Assembly (NCBI GenBank): GCA_038215615.1
Contig: JBBQQR010000028.1
Span: 1 to 20,949 of the forward strand
Reading direction: 5' to 3'
DNA: 20,949 nucleotides
Source: Vulcanimicrobiales bacterium
GTDB lineage: Bacteria; Vulcanimicrobiota; Vulcanimicrobiia; Vulcanimicrobiales; Vulcanimicrobiaceae
In this document: piece by piece, positions 1 to 9,571 of the stretch
Numbering within the stretch: position 1 is the first letter of the stretch
Layout: each line of letters begins with the position of its first letter
Notes under the pieces: model-generated
What the model was told of the DNA's origin: nothing
Seen by the model: only the letters and a program-made list of their open reading frames with translations
The model's database searches: none
Made by a program: the position numbers and the translations under genes

Positions 1-62
1 GCGGCAAAATCGCGCGATGAACGCTTGGCAAACGGGATCGGTTCGGGGTAAACTTGTTTCAT
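1..62 (-). CDS. 5' end of a putative IS1380-family transposase (runs off the window)
   Basis: Minus-strand ATG at 62 preceded by SD AAGGAG (75-70). Reads MKQVYPEPIPFAKRSSRDFA(A), colinear with IS1380 N-termini as I recall them (F11, S-R-D/E 16-18, A21, normally followed by xFxGG). Only 20 codons are visible. Confidence 0.4.
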   Translation of the reverse strand, partial: MKQVYPEPIPFAKRSSRDFA

Positions 63-103
63 GGCGTAACTCCTTAAGGTGTAAGTAATCTTGGAGTTAC
101 GCC
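63..103 (-). promoter_or_regulatory. 11-bp perfect inverted repeat sequestering the RBS of the leftward gene
   Basis: GGCGTAACTCC (63-73) and GGAGTTACGCC (93-103) with a 19-nt loop. On the minus strand the 3' arm contains the GGAG of the SD and ends at the base before the ATG. Confidence 0.7.
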
Positions 104-315
104 GCTTTTATTTTAAAGTCCCCGATTTTCGGGACGACCTCTTGATTCGTACCGAAGCCCAGTCCTGAAAGAAATACTGCTTTCTCGTTTAGGCTTGAGT
201 CCTTGGGGAGGACCATTTGCATGGCGATGATCGCGAGTATATTGGCGATACGTTCAAAGTATTTGGCTTGATCCGTTGATTCAGGTTCGTTTTTTTGAAT
301 TTGGCGCAATGTCAC
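97..315 (-). pseudogene. Small helical, probably HTH-type, protein gene interrupted near its C-terminus
   Basis: SD GAGGT before GTG315/TTG309. ...YFERIANILAIIAMQMVLPKDSSLNEKAVFLSGLGFGTNQEV resembles small proteins ending LxxxGFxxxEIAxxLG. The expected recognition helix is replaced by VPKIGDFKIKAA, read from the putative IS end. Confidence 0.4.
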
Positions 316-378
316 ACCACCTCGACTAACTACTAGTCTACAAGTCGCCTTCGCGCGATAGATTCGGGGGACGACCAC

Positions 379-430
379 GGGCGGAGGTCTCCGGACCGAT
401 TCTCGGCTCCGCTTTCTGCAACCTCCGCCC
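379..430. other. Long nested hairpin in the divergent intergenic region
   Basis: GGGCGGAGGT (379-388) / ACCTCCGCCC (421-430) perfect 10-bp arms enclose CGGA-CCGA-TTC-TCGG-C-TCCG (392-411). Confidence 0.5.
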
Positions 431-604
431 AACGGGCTGCGTTCCGGCCTACCCAGGGTGCAGGCTATCTCGCTAGGGCGTTTTACGCCGTTGTTGCCGC
501 ATATTTGCAAGCGGTCGGCGGGCACGATGTGTCGTAATCTGAAAGAGGCATCGTTGATGTACCGAATATCTGCTCCTTTCGACACAGAGAATGAGTGTAA
601 GATA

Positions 605-1555
605 ATGGCGCGTTTGATAGATTTTCTATACCTAGACATTGAGCGAGTGAAGTCCCTACTGTCTCAACTGGAAGGCGGCGTCGTAACCGAGATTGTTGAG
701 CAAAAGCGAACTGCCTCTGGCGGGAAGGCAGGCGCGTCCATATTTAATATGATTGAAATCGGCGGAAATTTGCTCACCGAAAAATCGCAGGAACAAACAA
801 AAACCTTGCGTGATGCCCTATATATCATTTTTGAAGAAGCAGCCGAAAAACAAGGCCTATTTGCTGATGCCTCCGACTTAACCGACGAGAGCGCATGGAG
901 GAGTGGCCTGATCCACTCGACTTTAAAAGAGGGCCAATTACTTAAATTGGCCGCCCCAACGCGAATTTTAGATTCTCGTCATTTTAACCAGCGTGTGGAC
1001 GCTTTCATGTCGTGGACTCGTTCGATCGTAGGCTTCAATCAGTCGCAGGAGCTCAACGCCATCCAAAATGAAAGGAAGCGAGCTGACGTATTGGCTTCAA
1101 AAGTGGCGGAATTCATGGGAGGGCCTGGGGCGCTGGACGGCATTAAGAGGGTCGGCGATTTCGTAGAGTCTTTTATGTTCGGGCAAGTTCTTGTCAGGCA
1201 GTTCCCATGTGGCTCCGCCTACTTGGATTTTTCGATTTTGGGGATTCTAAATGACGCGGAGGGCGCTCTTCAAGAGAATCGCGAGCTACTGTTTAGCAAG
1301 TATGGTTACGGGATCTCACAGTGGACAATGGTCTCGCAGATTGCCGCGATTCCCATCAAGGGGGGTCTGGTTACTGAAATGGATCCGAAAAACCTGGACC
1401 TCGCAGACAGCACGAGTGTAAGCCGCAGTACTTTTGAGTCGGCGGCCGTTAACATGATGCAGATGATGGAGGGATTGGGGTTCGCCGCGGGCCCCAGATA
1501 CCCTAGTATTTCGGTGACTCCGATTGCGGTGTTTCGTGAAATTGCAACGGCCTGA
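605..1555 (+). CDS. DUF6414-family protein (316 aa)
   Basis: N-terminal DFLYLDIERVKSLLSQLEGG and C-terminal TPIAVFREI match my recollection of DUF6414 signatures. Start placed at ATG605 (Met50 of ORF 458..1555) because the signature begins there. Confidence 0.7.
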   Translation: MARLIDFLYLDIERVKSLLSQLEGGVVTEIVEQKRTASGGKAGASIFNMIEIGGNLLTEKSQEQTKTLRDALYIIFEEAAEKQGLFADASDLTDESAWRSGLIHSTLKEGQLLKLAAPTRILDSRHFNQRVDAFMSWTRSIVGFNQSQELNAIQNERKRADVLASKVAEFMGGPGALDGIKRVGDFVESFMFGQVLVRQFPCGSAYLDFSILGILNDAEGALQENRELLFSKYGYGISQWTMVSQIAAIPIKGGLVTEMDPKNLDLADSTSVSRSTFESAAVNMMQMMEGLGFAAGPRYPSISVTPIAVFREIATA

Positions 1556-1597
1556 TTGCCCGGCTAGATCGCATTGACGTCGCGGAAGGATCGCTAG

Positions 1598-3217
1598 ATG
1601 CGCTGGATTGCGCCCTCAGAAAAAGATGCCGACAAAGCAACGCTCGAAAAGCGTTTGTGGGACGCGGCCGACCAATTTCGTGCCAACTCGGGCCTTAAGT
1701 CGCAGGAGTATTCTGCTCCAGTTCTTGGCCTTATCTTTCTTCGTTTCGCCCAAGTCCGCTTTATCGCGCAGCATGAGAAACTTGGGCAGATTGTTGCGTC
1801 TTCCCGGCGAGGCAGTCGCATCGAAGAGCCGACCGCGTATCACGCGGCTGGTGTCGTTTACCTGCCGTTTGAGGCACGTTTTGACTATCTGTTAAACCTG
1901 CCAGAGGCTGAGGACATTGGCGGGAAAATCAATGCCGCCATGCGGGATATAGAGCGGGACAATCCGCAACTCGCCGGTGTTTTGCCCAAGAGCTACAATA
2001 TTTTCACGAGCACACTCCTTAAAGAATTACTTAAGAAGATTTCCGAGATTCCCACAAGTGCAGATTATGACACCTTCGGTCGTATCTACGAGTACTTCCT
2101 TGGGGAGTTTGCTCGCAGTGAAGGTCAGAAAGGCGGTGAGTTTTATACTCCGAGTAGTATCGTGCGACTGCTCACCGAAGTGATCGAGCCCTATCGTGGG
2201 CGCATTCTCGATCCCGCTTGCGGTTCGGGCGGTATGTTCGTCTCGTCTGCACGTTTTGTATCGGAGCATCGAAAGAGCCCCGCGGCCGAACTCGCTATCT
2301 GCGGTGTTGAGAAAACGGATGAGACTGGGCGCCTTTGTCGCCTGAACCTTGCAGTACACGGACTCGAAGGCGACGTCCGCTATGGTGGTAACGTCAACAG
2401 TTATTACGACGATCCGCATGGTGCCGTCGAACAGTTTGATTTTGTCCTTGCCAATCCGCCTTTTAATGTGAACGCGGTGGACAAGGAACGGCTGAAAGAG
2501 GCGGTGGGCGCAGGTCGCCGTTTTCCTTTCGGCTTGCCAAAAGCGGACAACGCCAATTACTTGTGGATCCAGCTTTTTTATTCGTCACTCGCTGAAAAAG
2601 GGCGCGCGGGTTTCGTGATGGCCAACTCGGCTTCTGACGCCCGTGCCTCGGAGCAGGAATTGCGACAGGCCCTGCTTGAGGCCCGTGCAGTGGATGCGAT
2701 TATCGCCGTTGGCCCCAATATGTTTTACACGGTGACTCTGCCCTGCACCTTATGGTTTCTTGACAAGGGCAAAGCGACGACTCCACGCGCTTCTACGGTA
2801 TTGTTCATCGACGCCCGTCACATATATAGACAAGTCGATCGTGCCCACCGGGACTGGACGGGCGCACAGATAGGCTTCCTAGCCAATATCGTGCGCCTCT
2901 ATCGTGGGGAAGCAATCGACATTACCTTTGGAGGCTCTGAAGTAGAGGTAAGACTTCGGGACGTTTTCGGGGGCAACCTCATCTACGCTGACATACCCGG
3001 CCTTTGCAAAGCTGCCACGTTGCAGGAGGTTGGCGTTAAAGGATGGTCGCTGAATCCGGGTCGTTACGTTGGCGTTTCGCAAGGCGAAGAAGTTAATGAC
3101 GAGGACTTCAAAGCACAACTTGCGTCGCTGAATGAAGAGCTCGAAGTTCTCAATACGCAAGCCGCCAATCTCCAGAGGACGATCGCCGCGAACGTGGCAG
3201 ATGCCTTAGGAACGTGA
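1598..3217 (+). CDS. hsdM: Type I restriction-modification N6-adenine methyltransferase subunit M
   Basis: [13 protein letters not shown]-terminus, GEFYTP, motif I DPACGSGG, motif [25 protein letters not shown]. Confidence 0.97.
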   Translation: MRWIAPSEKDADKATLEKRLWDAADQFRANSGLKSQEYSAPVLGLIFLRFAQVRFIAQHEKLGQIVASSRRGSRIEEPTAYHAAGVVYLPFEARFDYLLNLPEAEDIGGKINAAMRDIERDNPQLAGVLPKSYNIFTSTLLKELLKKISEIPTSADYDTFGRIYEYFLGEFARSEGQKGGEFYTPSSIVRLLTEVIEPYRGRILDPACGSGGMFVSSARFVSEHRKSPAAELAICGVEKTDETGRLCRLNLAVHGLEGDVRYGGNVNSYYDDPHGAVEQFDFVLANPPFNVNAVDKERLKEAVGAGRRFPFGLPKADNANYLWIQLFYSSLAEKGRAGFVMANSASDARASEQELRQALLEARAVDAIIAVGPNMFYTVTLPCTLWFLDKGKATTPRASTVLFIDARHIYRQVDRAHRDWTGAQIGFLANIVRLYRGEAIDITFGGSEVEVRLRDVFGGNLIYADIPGLCKAATLQEVGVKGWSLNPGRYVGVSQGEEVNDEDFKAQLASLNEELEVLNTQAANLQRTIAANVADALGT

Positions 3218-4410
3218 TTGAAGCAAGAGCTGGGTGGAAACCTGCGAGGCTCGATGAACTAGGTTTCGTCGGACGGGGCAAATCAAGGCACCGCCCTAGA
3301 AATGCGCCGTTTCTTTATGGCGGCCCTTATCCATTTTTTCAGACGGGCGATGTAAAAGCTGCTGATTTGCACCTCAGCGAATATGCACAGACATATAGTG
3401 AAGCTGGGCTGGCACAGAGCAAGCTCTGGAAGCCAGGAACGCTTTGCATAACGATTGCTGCTAACATAGCGGAGAGCGCAATTCTTAGCATCAGCGGTTG
3501 CTTTCCCGACAGCGTTGTCGGCTTTGTTGCCGACGATGAGAAGGCGGATGTTCGTTTCATCAAATACTATTTGGACACCCTAAAAGTGCAGATGCAGAAC
3601 ATCTCTCGGGGAACAACGCAAGATAACTTGAGCCTTGAAAAGCTTCTCGGCTTCGACCTCTATGTTCCATCTGTACGCACCCAGCGCGCCATCGCAGATG
3701 TACTATCAACCTACGATGAACTAATCGAGAACAGTTCGCGGCGCATCCGTGTCTTAGAAGCTATGGCTCGCGCTTTGTACTTTGAATGGTTTGGACGAAG
3801 CGATGGTGTGGCCGCAAAGCCAGTGGTTGAAATGGAAACGTTTGGCGATCTTTGCGCGCTGATGACGGAGCGGTTTACCGAAAACTTGCACGCAGGTAGG
3901 CCGTTGCTGGATCTTGCGCGGATACCCAGCGGCTCTATTGCTGCAACGGAGACGGGGGAGGCAAGCGAGCTGACCACTTCGCGGATTGTTTTCGAGAAAG
4001 GAGACACTCTTTTTGGTGCGATTCGTTGCTACTTGCATAAGGTGGTCATTTCTCACTTCTCCGGGGTAACAAACACATCGGTACTGGTACTGCGCCCCAC
4101 CAAGCCCTGTTTCAGATCGCTTGTTGCACTAATCGCAAGTGATGTTCGAACCATCCGGTGGGCTGACACGCACAGCACGGGAACAAAAATGCCGGTCATT
4201 GGTTGGAGTGTACTTCGTACTATGCCCCTCTCGAGAATTTCGAGAGCTCGTGCACTTAAGTTCGAGGAAACCGTGGGTCCGTTGATGGATGAAATCGGGG
4301 TCCACGCGAGGCAAATTCAGACCCTTAAACGCACCCGGGACCTCCTGTTGCCGCGCCTGATGTCAGGGCAAACCCGGCTGAGCCTTAATGAGCCCGCACG
4401 CTTACACTGA
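3214..4410 (+). CDS. hsdS: Type I restriction-modification specificity subunit S
   Basis: Two variable TRDs separated and followed by conserved helices ([17 protein letters not shown]...[21 protein letters not shown]). GTGA start/stop overlap with hsdM. Confidence 0.95.
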   Translation: MIEARAGWKPARLDELGFVGRGKSRHRPRNAPFLYGGPYPFFQTGDVKAADLHLSEYAQTYSEAGLAQSKLWKPGTLCITIAANIAESAILSISGCFPDSVVGFVADDEKADVRFIKYYLDTLKVQMQNISRGTTQDNLSLEKLLGFDLYVPSVRTQRAIADVLSTYDELIENSSRRIRVLEAMARALYFEWFGRSDGVAAKPVVEMETFGDLCALMTERFTENLHAGRPLLDLARIPSGSIAATETGEASELTTSRIVFEKGDTLFGAIRCYLHKVVISHFSGVTNTSVLVLRPTKPCFRSLVALIASDVRTIRWADTHSTGTKMPVIGWSVLRTMPLSRISRARALKFEETVGPLMDEIGVHARQIQTLKRTRDLLLPRLMSGQTRLSLNEPARLH

Positions 4411-7400
4411 GGACCAGCTGGTCGAGCAGCCGGCGATTGGATTATTTGCTGGCCTCGGCTGGCAGACCGTTTCGGCGATGGACGAGACCTTCGGCATCGG
4501 CGGCACGCTCGAGCGCGAGACAAAGAGCGAGGTCGTGCTCAAGTCGCGTTTGCGCGCAGCGCTCACGCGATTAAATTGTGCGCTACCTCCCGAGGCGATT
4601 ACCAGCGCGCTGGACGAGCTCACCCGCGACCGTTCTACCATGAGCTTGGTTGCAGCGAATCGTGAAATTTACGGCTTTTTTAAGAGCGGCATTCCAGTTT
4701 CAATTCCCGATCGGGAAGATGGCGGACAAAAAGCCGAGCGGGTACGGGTGGTGGATTGGGATGATCCGACGCAAAACGATTTCTTGCTGGTCAGTCAGAT
4801 GAGCATCACCGGCGCACTTTATACATGTCGGCCGGATCTAGTGTGCTTTGTGAATGGCCTGCCCGTAGTTGTGGTCGAGCTTAAGACGCCCGGAGTTCCT
4901 TCTCGTGCGGCTTTCGACGAAAACCTGACACATTATAAGGCGGCGATTCCTGCGCTGTTCTGGTTCAATGGCCTTTTGATCGCGTCCAATGGCACCGATG
5001 GCCGTGTCGGATCGCTTACCGCGGACTGGGGGCGCTTCTTTGAGTGGAAGCGTATTGAGCGCGAAGACGAGCCGCCTCGCGTCTCTTTAGAAGTCATTTT
5101 GCGCGGCACTTGCGAGCCTAGCCGTTTGTTGGATCTCCTTGAGAACTTCATCCTATTCTCCGAGGAGAAGTTGGGCGTTGTAAAAATTCTGGGCCAAAAT
5201 CACCAGGTTCTCGGTGTAAACAACGCCATTCTTTCGATGCTGGAAGCTCGCAAGTGCGGTCATGGGCGCGCTGGAGTGTTCTGGCAAACGCAGGGCAGCG
5301 GTAAGAGTTTTTCGATGGTTTTCTTCGCACAGAAAGTGTTGCGAAAAATATCGGGTAACTGGACTTTCGTAGTGGTGACCGACCGGATCGACCTTGACGA
5401 TCAAATCGCCAAGACCTTTAAGACAACTGGTGCTGTTACTGAAGCGGAAAGTGATCAATGCCACGCCGCAAGTGCCACGCGTCTGCGGGAGCTGCTACGC
5501 GGCAACCATCGCTACGTTTTCACTCTCATCCAAAAGTTTCAGACATTCGAGGTACTCTGCGACCGACCAGATGTGATTGTAATGACGGACGAGGCCCATC
5601 GAAGCCAGTACGATAGATTGGCATTAAACATGCGAGCCGGTCTGCCTAAGGCGCTTTTTATTGCGTTCACTGGCACGCCTCTCATTGCTGGCGAAGAACG
5701 CACCAAGGCAGTGTTCGGTGATTACGTTTCGATTTACGATTTCCAACAGTCAGTGCAGGACGGCGCGACGGTTCCGCTATTCTATGAGAACCGTACGCCT
5801 GAGCTACATCTTGTAAACCCAAATCTGAATAACGACATCTACAATCTAATCGAGAACGCCGAACTGAATCCGGCGCAAGAGACGGAGTTGCAGCGGAAAA
5901 TATCCGGGCAGTATCACATCCTGACGCGCGGCGACAGGCTCGAGATAATCGCACAGGACGTCGTGCGGCATTTCTTGGGACGCGGCTTCTTGGGCAAAGC
6001 GATAGTTGTCTCGATTGACAAAGCTACGGCGTTGAAGATGTACGATAAGGTGCGAAGCCACTGGACTGAGGAAACAGGCCGCGTGCAAAAGGAGCTGGAG
6101 CGCGGCGACCTTGCGGCCGAGACGCGGGAGGATCTATTGCGCAGGTTGGACGTGCTGACCACGACCGACATGGCTCTTATAGTCTCTCCTGCCCAGAACG
6201 AGATCGCTCAGATGAAGGCTCTCGGCCTTAATATCGAGCCGCACCGCAAACGAATGACCGAGTCTCTGCCCCGCCTGGACGAGCGGTTCAAGGACACATC
6301 CGACCCGTTGAGGCTGGTTTTCGTCTGCGCCATGTGGCTGACTGGCTTCGACGCCCCGAGCTGTTCAACGATCTACCTCGATAAACCGATGCGCAACCAC
6401 ACGCTGATGCAGACGATCGCTCGCGCCAATCGCGTCTTTCCCGGAAAGCACAGCGGGACGATCGTCGATTACTCCAATGTCTTTGCCTCGCTGGAGAAGG
6501 CGCTTGCGATTTACGGTGCCGGCAAAGACGGGCGGAATCCGATCAAAGACAAACAAGAACTGGTCGACGAACTAAGGAAGGCTGTCGCCGATGCGGAAAC
6601 GTTCTGCTCGGATCACAACGTCTCGCTAACAGCGATTGACCGGCTACCAGCAGGGAGTCTCGAGCGATTGCATGGCGTTTCGGACGCGGTGAACGACTTG
6701 ATCACACCGGACGAATTGCGGCGCGAGTTTTTGGGCCACGAGAGACTAGTTGTTATGCTCTTGCGAGCTGTGAAACCGGACCCGTCGGCGCTTGAGTTCG
6801 CCGGCCGCGTAGCGTGCATTGGGGCGATAGCCAGCGCTATCCGCGCAAAGCTCCATCCAGGAAGGGCCGACATTTCGGAGGTGATGGGCGGTGTCAATTT
6901 CTTGCTAGACGAGTCGATCGTTGGAACGAGCATTAGGGATCAGGGACTACTGGCGCTTGATTTGTCGAAGATCGATTTTGACGCTCTGGCTAAGCGTTTC
7001 AAGGAATCGAAACACAAGAACACCGATCTGGAAGTCCTTAAAGCGGCGATCCGCGCCAAGCTAGAACGAATGATTGAGCTTAACAGTACGCGAGCGAACT
7101 TCGCGGAGACATTTGAAGAATTGATCAGAAGCTATAATGCGGGAAGCCGCAGCATTGAGGCGCTGTTTAAGGAATTGGTGATATTAAGCAATAGCTTGAA
7201 TGATGAGCAGCTGCGACATGTCCGCGAGAACATGACCGAGGAAGAACTAGCCGTTTTCGATATCCTTACACGGCCCGCGCCCGAGCTGATGGCAGAAGAG
7301 CGCGCCGAAATCAAGAAGGTAGCCCGCGAGCTACTTGTACGGCTCAAAAAGTTACTTGTCCTTAACTGGCGCCAGAAATCTGCCGCCCGTTCACAGGTGA

Positions 7401-7546
7401 AGCTCGCGATTGAAGATGCGCTCGACTCGGGGCTTCCGCCCGCATATACTCCTGGGTTGTACCAGCAGAAGTGCGTTGCGTTGTTTGAGCACGTGTACGA
7501 ATCTTATCCGGAACGAAACGCGGGGAGATATTCCATAGCGGTGTAA
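4388..7546 (+). CDS. hsdR: Type I restriction endonuclease subunit R
   Basis: Nuclease motif RPDLVCFVNGLPVVVVELK, Walker A QTQGSGKS, DEAH box, FTGTP, MWLTGFDAP, QTIARANR; helical C-terminal domain; 23-nt overlap with hsdS. Confidence 0.97.
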   Translation: MSPHAYTEDQLVEQPAIGLFAGLGWQTVSAMDETFGIGGTLERETKSEVVLKSRLRAALTRLNCALPPEAITSALDELTRDRSTMSLVAANREIYGFFKSGIPVSIPDREDGGQKAERVRVVDWDDPTQNDFLLVSQMSITGALYTCRPDLVCFVNGLPVVVVELKTPGVPSRAAFDENLTHYKAAIPALFWFNGLLIASNGTDGRVGSLTADWGRFFEWKRIEREDEPPRVSLEVILRGTCEPSRLLDLLENFILFSEEKLGVVKILGQNHQVLGVNNAILSMLEARKCGHGRAGVFWQTQGSGKSFSMVFFAQKVLRKISGNWTFVVVTDRIDLDDQIAKTFKTTGAVTEAESDQCHAASATRLRELLRGNHRYVFTLIQKFQTFEVLCDRPDVIVMTDEAHRSQYDRLALNMRAGLPKALFIAFTGTPLIAGEERTKAVFGDYVSIYDFQQSVQDGATVPLFYENRTPELHLVNPNLNNDIYNLIENAELNPAQETELQRKISGQYHILTRGDRLEIIAQDVVRHFLGRGFLGKAIVVSIDKATALKMYDKVRSHWTEETGRVQKELERGDLAAETREDLLRRLDVLTTTDMALIVSPAQNEIAQMKALGLNIEPHRKRMTESLPRLDERFKDTSDPLRLVFVCAMWLTGFDAPSCSTIYLDKPMRNHTLMQTIARANRVFPGKHSGTIVDYSNVFASLEKALAIYGAGKDGRNPIKDKQELVDELRKAVADAETFCSDHNVSLTAIDRLPAGSLERLHGVSDAVNDLITPDELRREFLGHERLVVMLLRAVKPDPSALEFAGRVACIGAIASAIRAKLHPGRADISEVMGGVNFLLDESIVGTSIRDQGLLALDLSKIDFDALAKRFKESKHKNTDLEVLKAAIRAKLERMIELNSTRANFAETFEELIRSYNAGSRSIEALFKELVILSNSLNDEQLRHVRENMTEEELAVFDILTRPAPELMAEERAEIKKVARELLVRLKKLLVLNWRQKSAARSQVKLAIEDALDSGLPPAYTPGLYQQKCVALFEHVYESYPERNAGRYSIAV

Positions 7547-7563
7547 ATAGTTTTCGTTTTGTT

Positions 7564-9309
7564 TCACGCGATGCTGTCGCAAGAGCAAACGCGGGCCTTG
7601 GCGCTGAACGAATTGCGTTGGTTGCTCTTGACCGGCCGATCGCTGGGGTTTCCGGCGAAATATGCGGAAACAATCAGCGTTCCGGTAATCGCGTCTACCG
7701 GTGCTTTCAGCCAGTTCCGATCCATCACCACGAAATCCGCAAACTTGCCCGGTGAAATCGATCCGATCTCGCGTTCCATGAAATTCGCACGCGCGGCCCA
7801 GATTGTCATCGATTTCAGCGCTTCCTCGCGCGTCATGCGCTGATCGGGATACCACCCGTCCGGCGGCTGGTTTTCTTCATTCTGCCGTGAGATGGCGGCG
7901 TGGAAGGTGCGCAGCGGATTGACAGCCTCGACCGGCGAGTCGGTGCCGTTGGCAATGATGACGCCCGTCTGCAGCAGCGAGCGCCATGCGTAGGCACCCC
8001 CGACGCGCGCCGGTCCCAGGCGCGCCTGCGCCCAGCCCATGTCGCTGGATTGATGGGTCGTTTGCATCGCCGGAATGATGCCCAGCTGCGCAAAGCGAGG
8101 AATGTCGGCCGGACTTAAGACTTGCGCGTGTTCGATGCGGAAGCGATGGTCGTGCGTCGGCACGGCCGCCAGCGCCGCTTGGTAGGCGTCGAGTACGATG
8201 CGGTTGCCGCGATCGCCGATCGCATGCACGCACGTTTGGAAGCCGGCGCGCAGCGCGCGGGTGGCGACGTCTTGGATGTGCGCGGGCGTGGTGCGCAACA
8301 GTCCGGTGTTGCCGGGATCGTCGCTGTAGGGTTCGAGTAGCGCGGCGCCGCGCGAGCCGAGCGCGCCGTCGATGTACATTTTCACCGCGCGAATTTGCAG
8401 GCGCCCGTCGTAGGCGCCGACGATCGGGCCGCGGGCGAAGTGCGTGGCGATGAGGTCGGGGTCGTCGGCGATCATGATGTGGTTGCGCAGCGTGAATTGT
8501 CCGGCGGCGGCGATCTTGTCGTAGATTTGCGCGGTTTGATACGAAACGCCCGGGTCGCCGATCGCGGTGATGCCCCAGCGGTTGCATTCGGCGATGCCGG
8601 CCAGGATCGCGCGGCGCATTTGGCCGGCGCTGGGCGGCGGAATGGCGGCGGTGACGAGCGCGCGCGCGTTGTCGATGAAGACGCCGGTGGGGTTGCCGCT
8701 CATGTCGCGCAGGATGCGTCCGCCCGGCGGGTCTTGCGTATTTTTTGTAACGCCGGCTAATTCCATGGCTTTGGCGTTGGCCAGCAGCGCATGGTCGTCG
8801 ACGCGGCGCAGCACGACCGGGCGGGTGGGGAACGCGGCGCTGAGCGCGTCGTGCGTCGGGAAGGCTTTGTCCGGCCACAGATTTTGGTCCCAGCCGTCGC
8901 CGATGATCCACGGGTCGGGCGAGGTGCGCGCGTAATCTACGGTTTTGCGGATGACATCGTCGTATGAGGTGAGATGGAAGAGGTCCACTTCGCGCAGCGC
9001 CATGCCGGTGTTGAGCAGGTGCAAGTGCGAGTCGATCAGACCGGGGAGTACGGTCGCGTGCGCGAGGTCCAATGTTTTTGCGCTGCGGGTTGCAAAGTTG
9101 CGCGCGTTTTTTAGCGAGCCCACGAATGCGAAGCGCCCGTTGCGCACCACGAACGCTTGCGGGTTGGGGAAGCGCGGGTCAACGGTGTGGATCGTCGCGT
9201 TGGTTACGATCAGGTCAGGGCCTCCGGAGCGCGCGGCGACGAGGTCGGCGTGGGTGAGCGCCGCGCCGGCTAAGGCTGCGGATCCGGCGATGAAAGAGTG
9301 GCGGCGCAT
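7564..9309 (-). CDS. YtcJ-like metal-dependent amidohydrolase (Amidohydro_3) with Tat-like signal peptide
   Basis: PGLIDSHLH, KMYIDGALGSRGAAL, HAIGD, RIEHAQ, GTDSPVE, GKFADFVV; N-terminus MRRHSFIAGSAALAGAALTHA. Confidence 0.92.
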   Translation of the reverse strand: MRRHSFIAGSAALAGAALTHADLVAARSGGPDLIVTNATIHTVDPRFPNPQAFVVRNGRFAFVGSLKNARNFATRSAKTLDLAHATVLPGLIDSHLHLLNTGMALREVDLFHLTSYDDVIRKTVDYARTSPDPWIIGDGWDQNLWPDKAFPTHDALSAAFPTRPVVLRRVDDHALLANAKAMELAGVTKNTQDPPGGRILRDMSGNPTGVFIDNARALVTAAIPPPSAGQMRRAILAGIAECNRWGITAIGDPGVSYQTAQIYDKIAAAGQFTLRNHIMIADDPDLIATHFARGPIVGAYDGRLQIRAVKMYIDGALGSRGAALLEPYSDDPGNTGLLRTTPAHIQDVATRALRAGFQTCVHAIGDRGNRIVLDAYQAALAAVPTHDHRFRIEHAQVLSPADIPRFAQLGIIPAMQTTHQSSDMGWAQARLGPARVGGAYAWRSLLQTGVIIANGTDSPVEAVNPLRTFHAAISRQNEENQPPDGWYPDQRMTREEALKSMTIWAARANFMEREIGSISPGKFADFVVMDRNWLKAPVDAITGTLIVSAYFAGNPSDRPVKSNQRNSFSAKARVCSCDSIA

Positions 9310-9319
9310 GGGTGGGTGG

Positions 9320-9345
9320 TTCGCGGGTGGTTTGGGACTGGCCTC
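9320..9345 (-). promoter_or_regulatory. Putative leaderless promoter of the amidohydrolase
   Basis: Minus strand GAGGC-N16-GCGAA-N10-ATG with no SD. Same geometry as at the HD gene (N16, N10) and the AKR gene (N16, N11). Confidence 0.4.
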
Positions 9346-9381
9346 GACAGGCTCGGCCGTGGTTCGACAGGCTGACCATGA
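9340..9381. repeat. REP-like palindromic element, copy 1 (two modules)
   Basis: GGCC-TCGAC-AG-GCTC-GGCC, then G, then TGGT-TCGAC-AG-GCTG-ACCA-TGA. Confidence 0.85.
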
Positions 9382-9383
9382 TG

Positions 9384-9431
9384 GCCACCAAAGCCTATTA
9401 GTCCAAGCTTGAAGAAATAGTAAACGAGCTG
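9384..9431 (-). pseudogene. Relic of a chromate transporter (ChrA family) N-terminus
   Basis: Minus-strand translation QLVYYFFKLGLIGFGG matches the ChrA FxKLGxxxFGG(P) motif. Similarity stops at the edge of REP copy 1. Only 16 codons. Confidence 0.5.
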
Positions 9432-9571
9432 CACCTGGTTGCCTTCGGATGCCGCAAAAACCCGGCGCTTCCGCGCTCCTTGTATTCCAAAACCTGAAAA
9501 CTATTTGGACGCCCGCGTCGACGCGATACCTCGTACTAGCGCAGTCCCTCCTAGCATGAGATAATTGAACG

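Larger units (their letters stand above)
1..141 (-). mobile_element. Putative left end of an insertion sequence
   Basis: On the minus strand, coding-like sequence switches abruptly to GTCCCGAAAATCGGGGAC (imperfect palindrome), then an AT-rich tract, an RBS-sequestering hairpin and the ATG. The exact terminal inverted repeat cannot be defined without the other end. Confidence 0.35.

Noticed and set aside
427..499. Possible integron attC site starting at GCCCAAC (RYYYAAC)
   Set aside because: No proper GTTRRRY partner (candidates GCTAGGG, GTTGTTG, GTTGCCG), weak L-box pairing, and no integrase or second site in the window.
458..604. N-terminal 49 codons of ORF 458..1555
   Set aside because: Precede the family signature and look non-coding; ATG605 is the more plausible start.
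316..639. Upstream part of ORF 97..639 (-)
   Set aside because: Overlaps the DUF6414 start and the hairpin region; only the part after the SD at about 320 looks protein-like.
7877..8911. 344-aa Arg-rich ORF inside the amidohydrolase
   Set aside because: Alternative-frame shadow typical of high-GC coding DNA.
9514..9525. Perfect palindrome CGCGTCGACGCG upstream of the hydrolase
   Set aside because: Single CG-rich palindrome expected by chance in this composition; no second copy or adjacent regulator.
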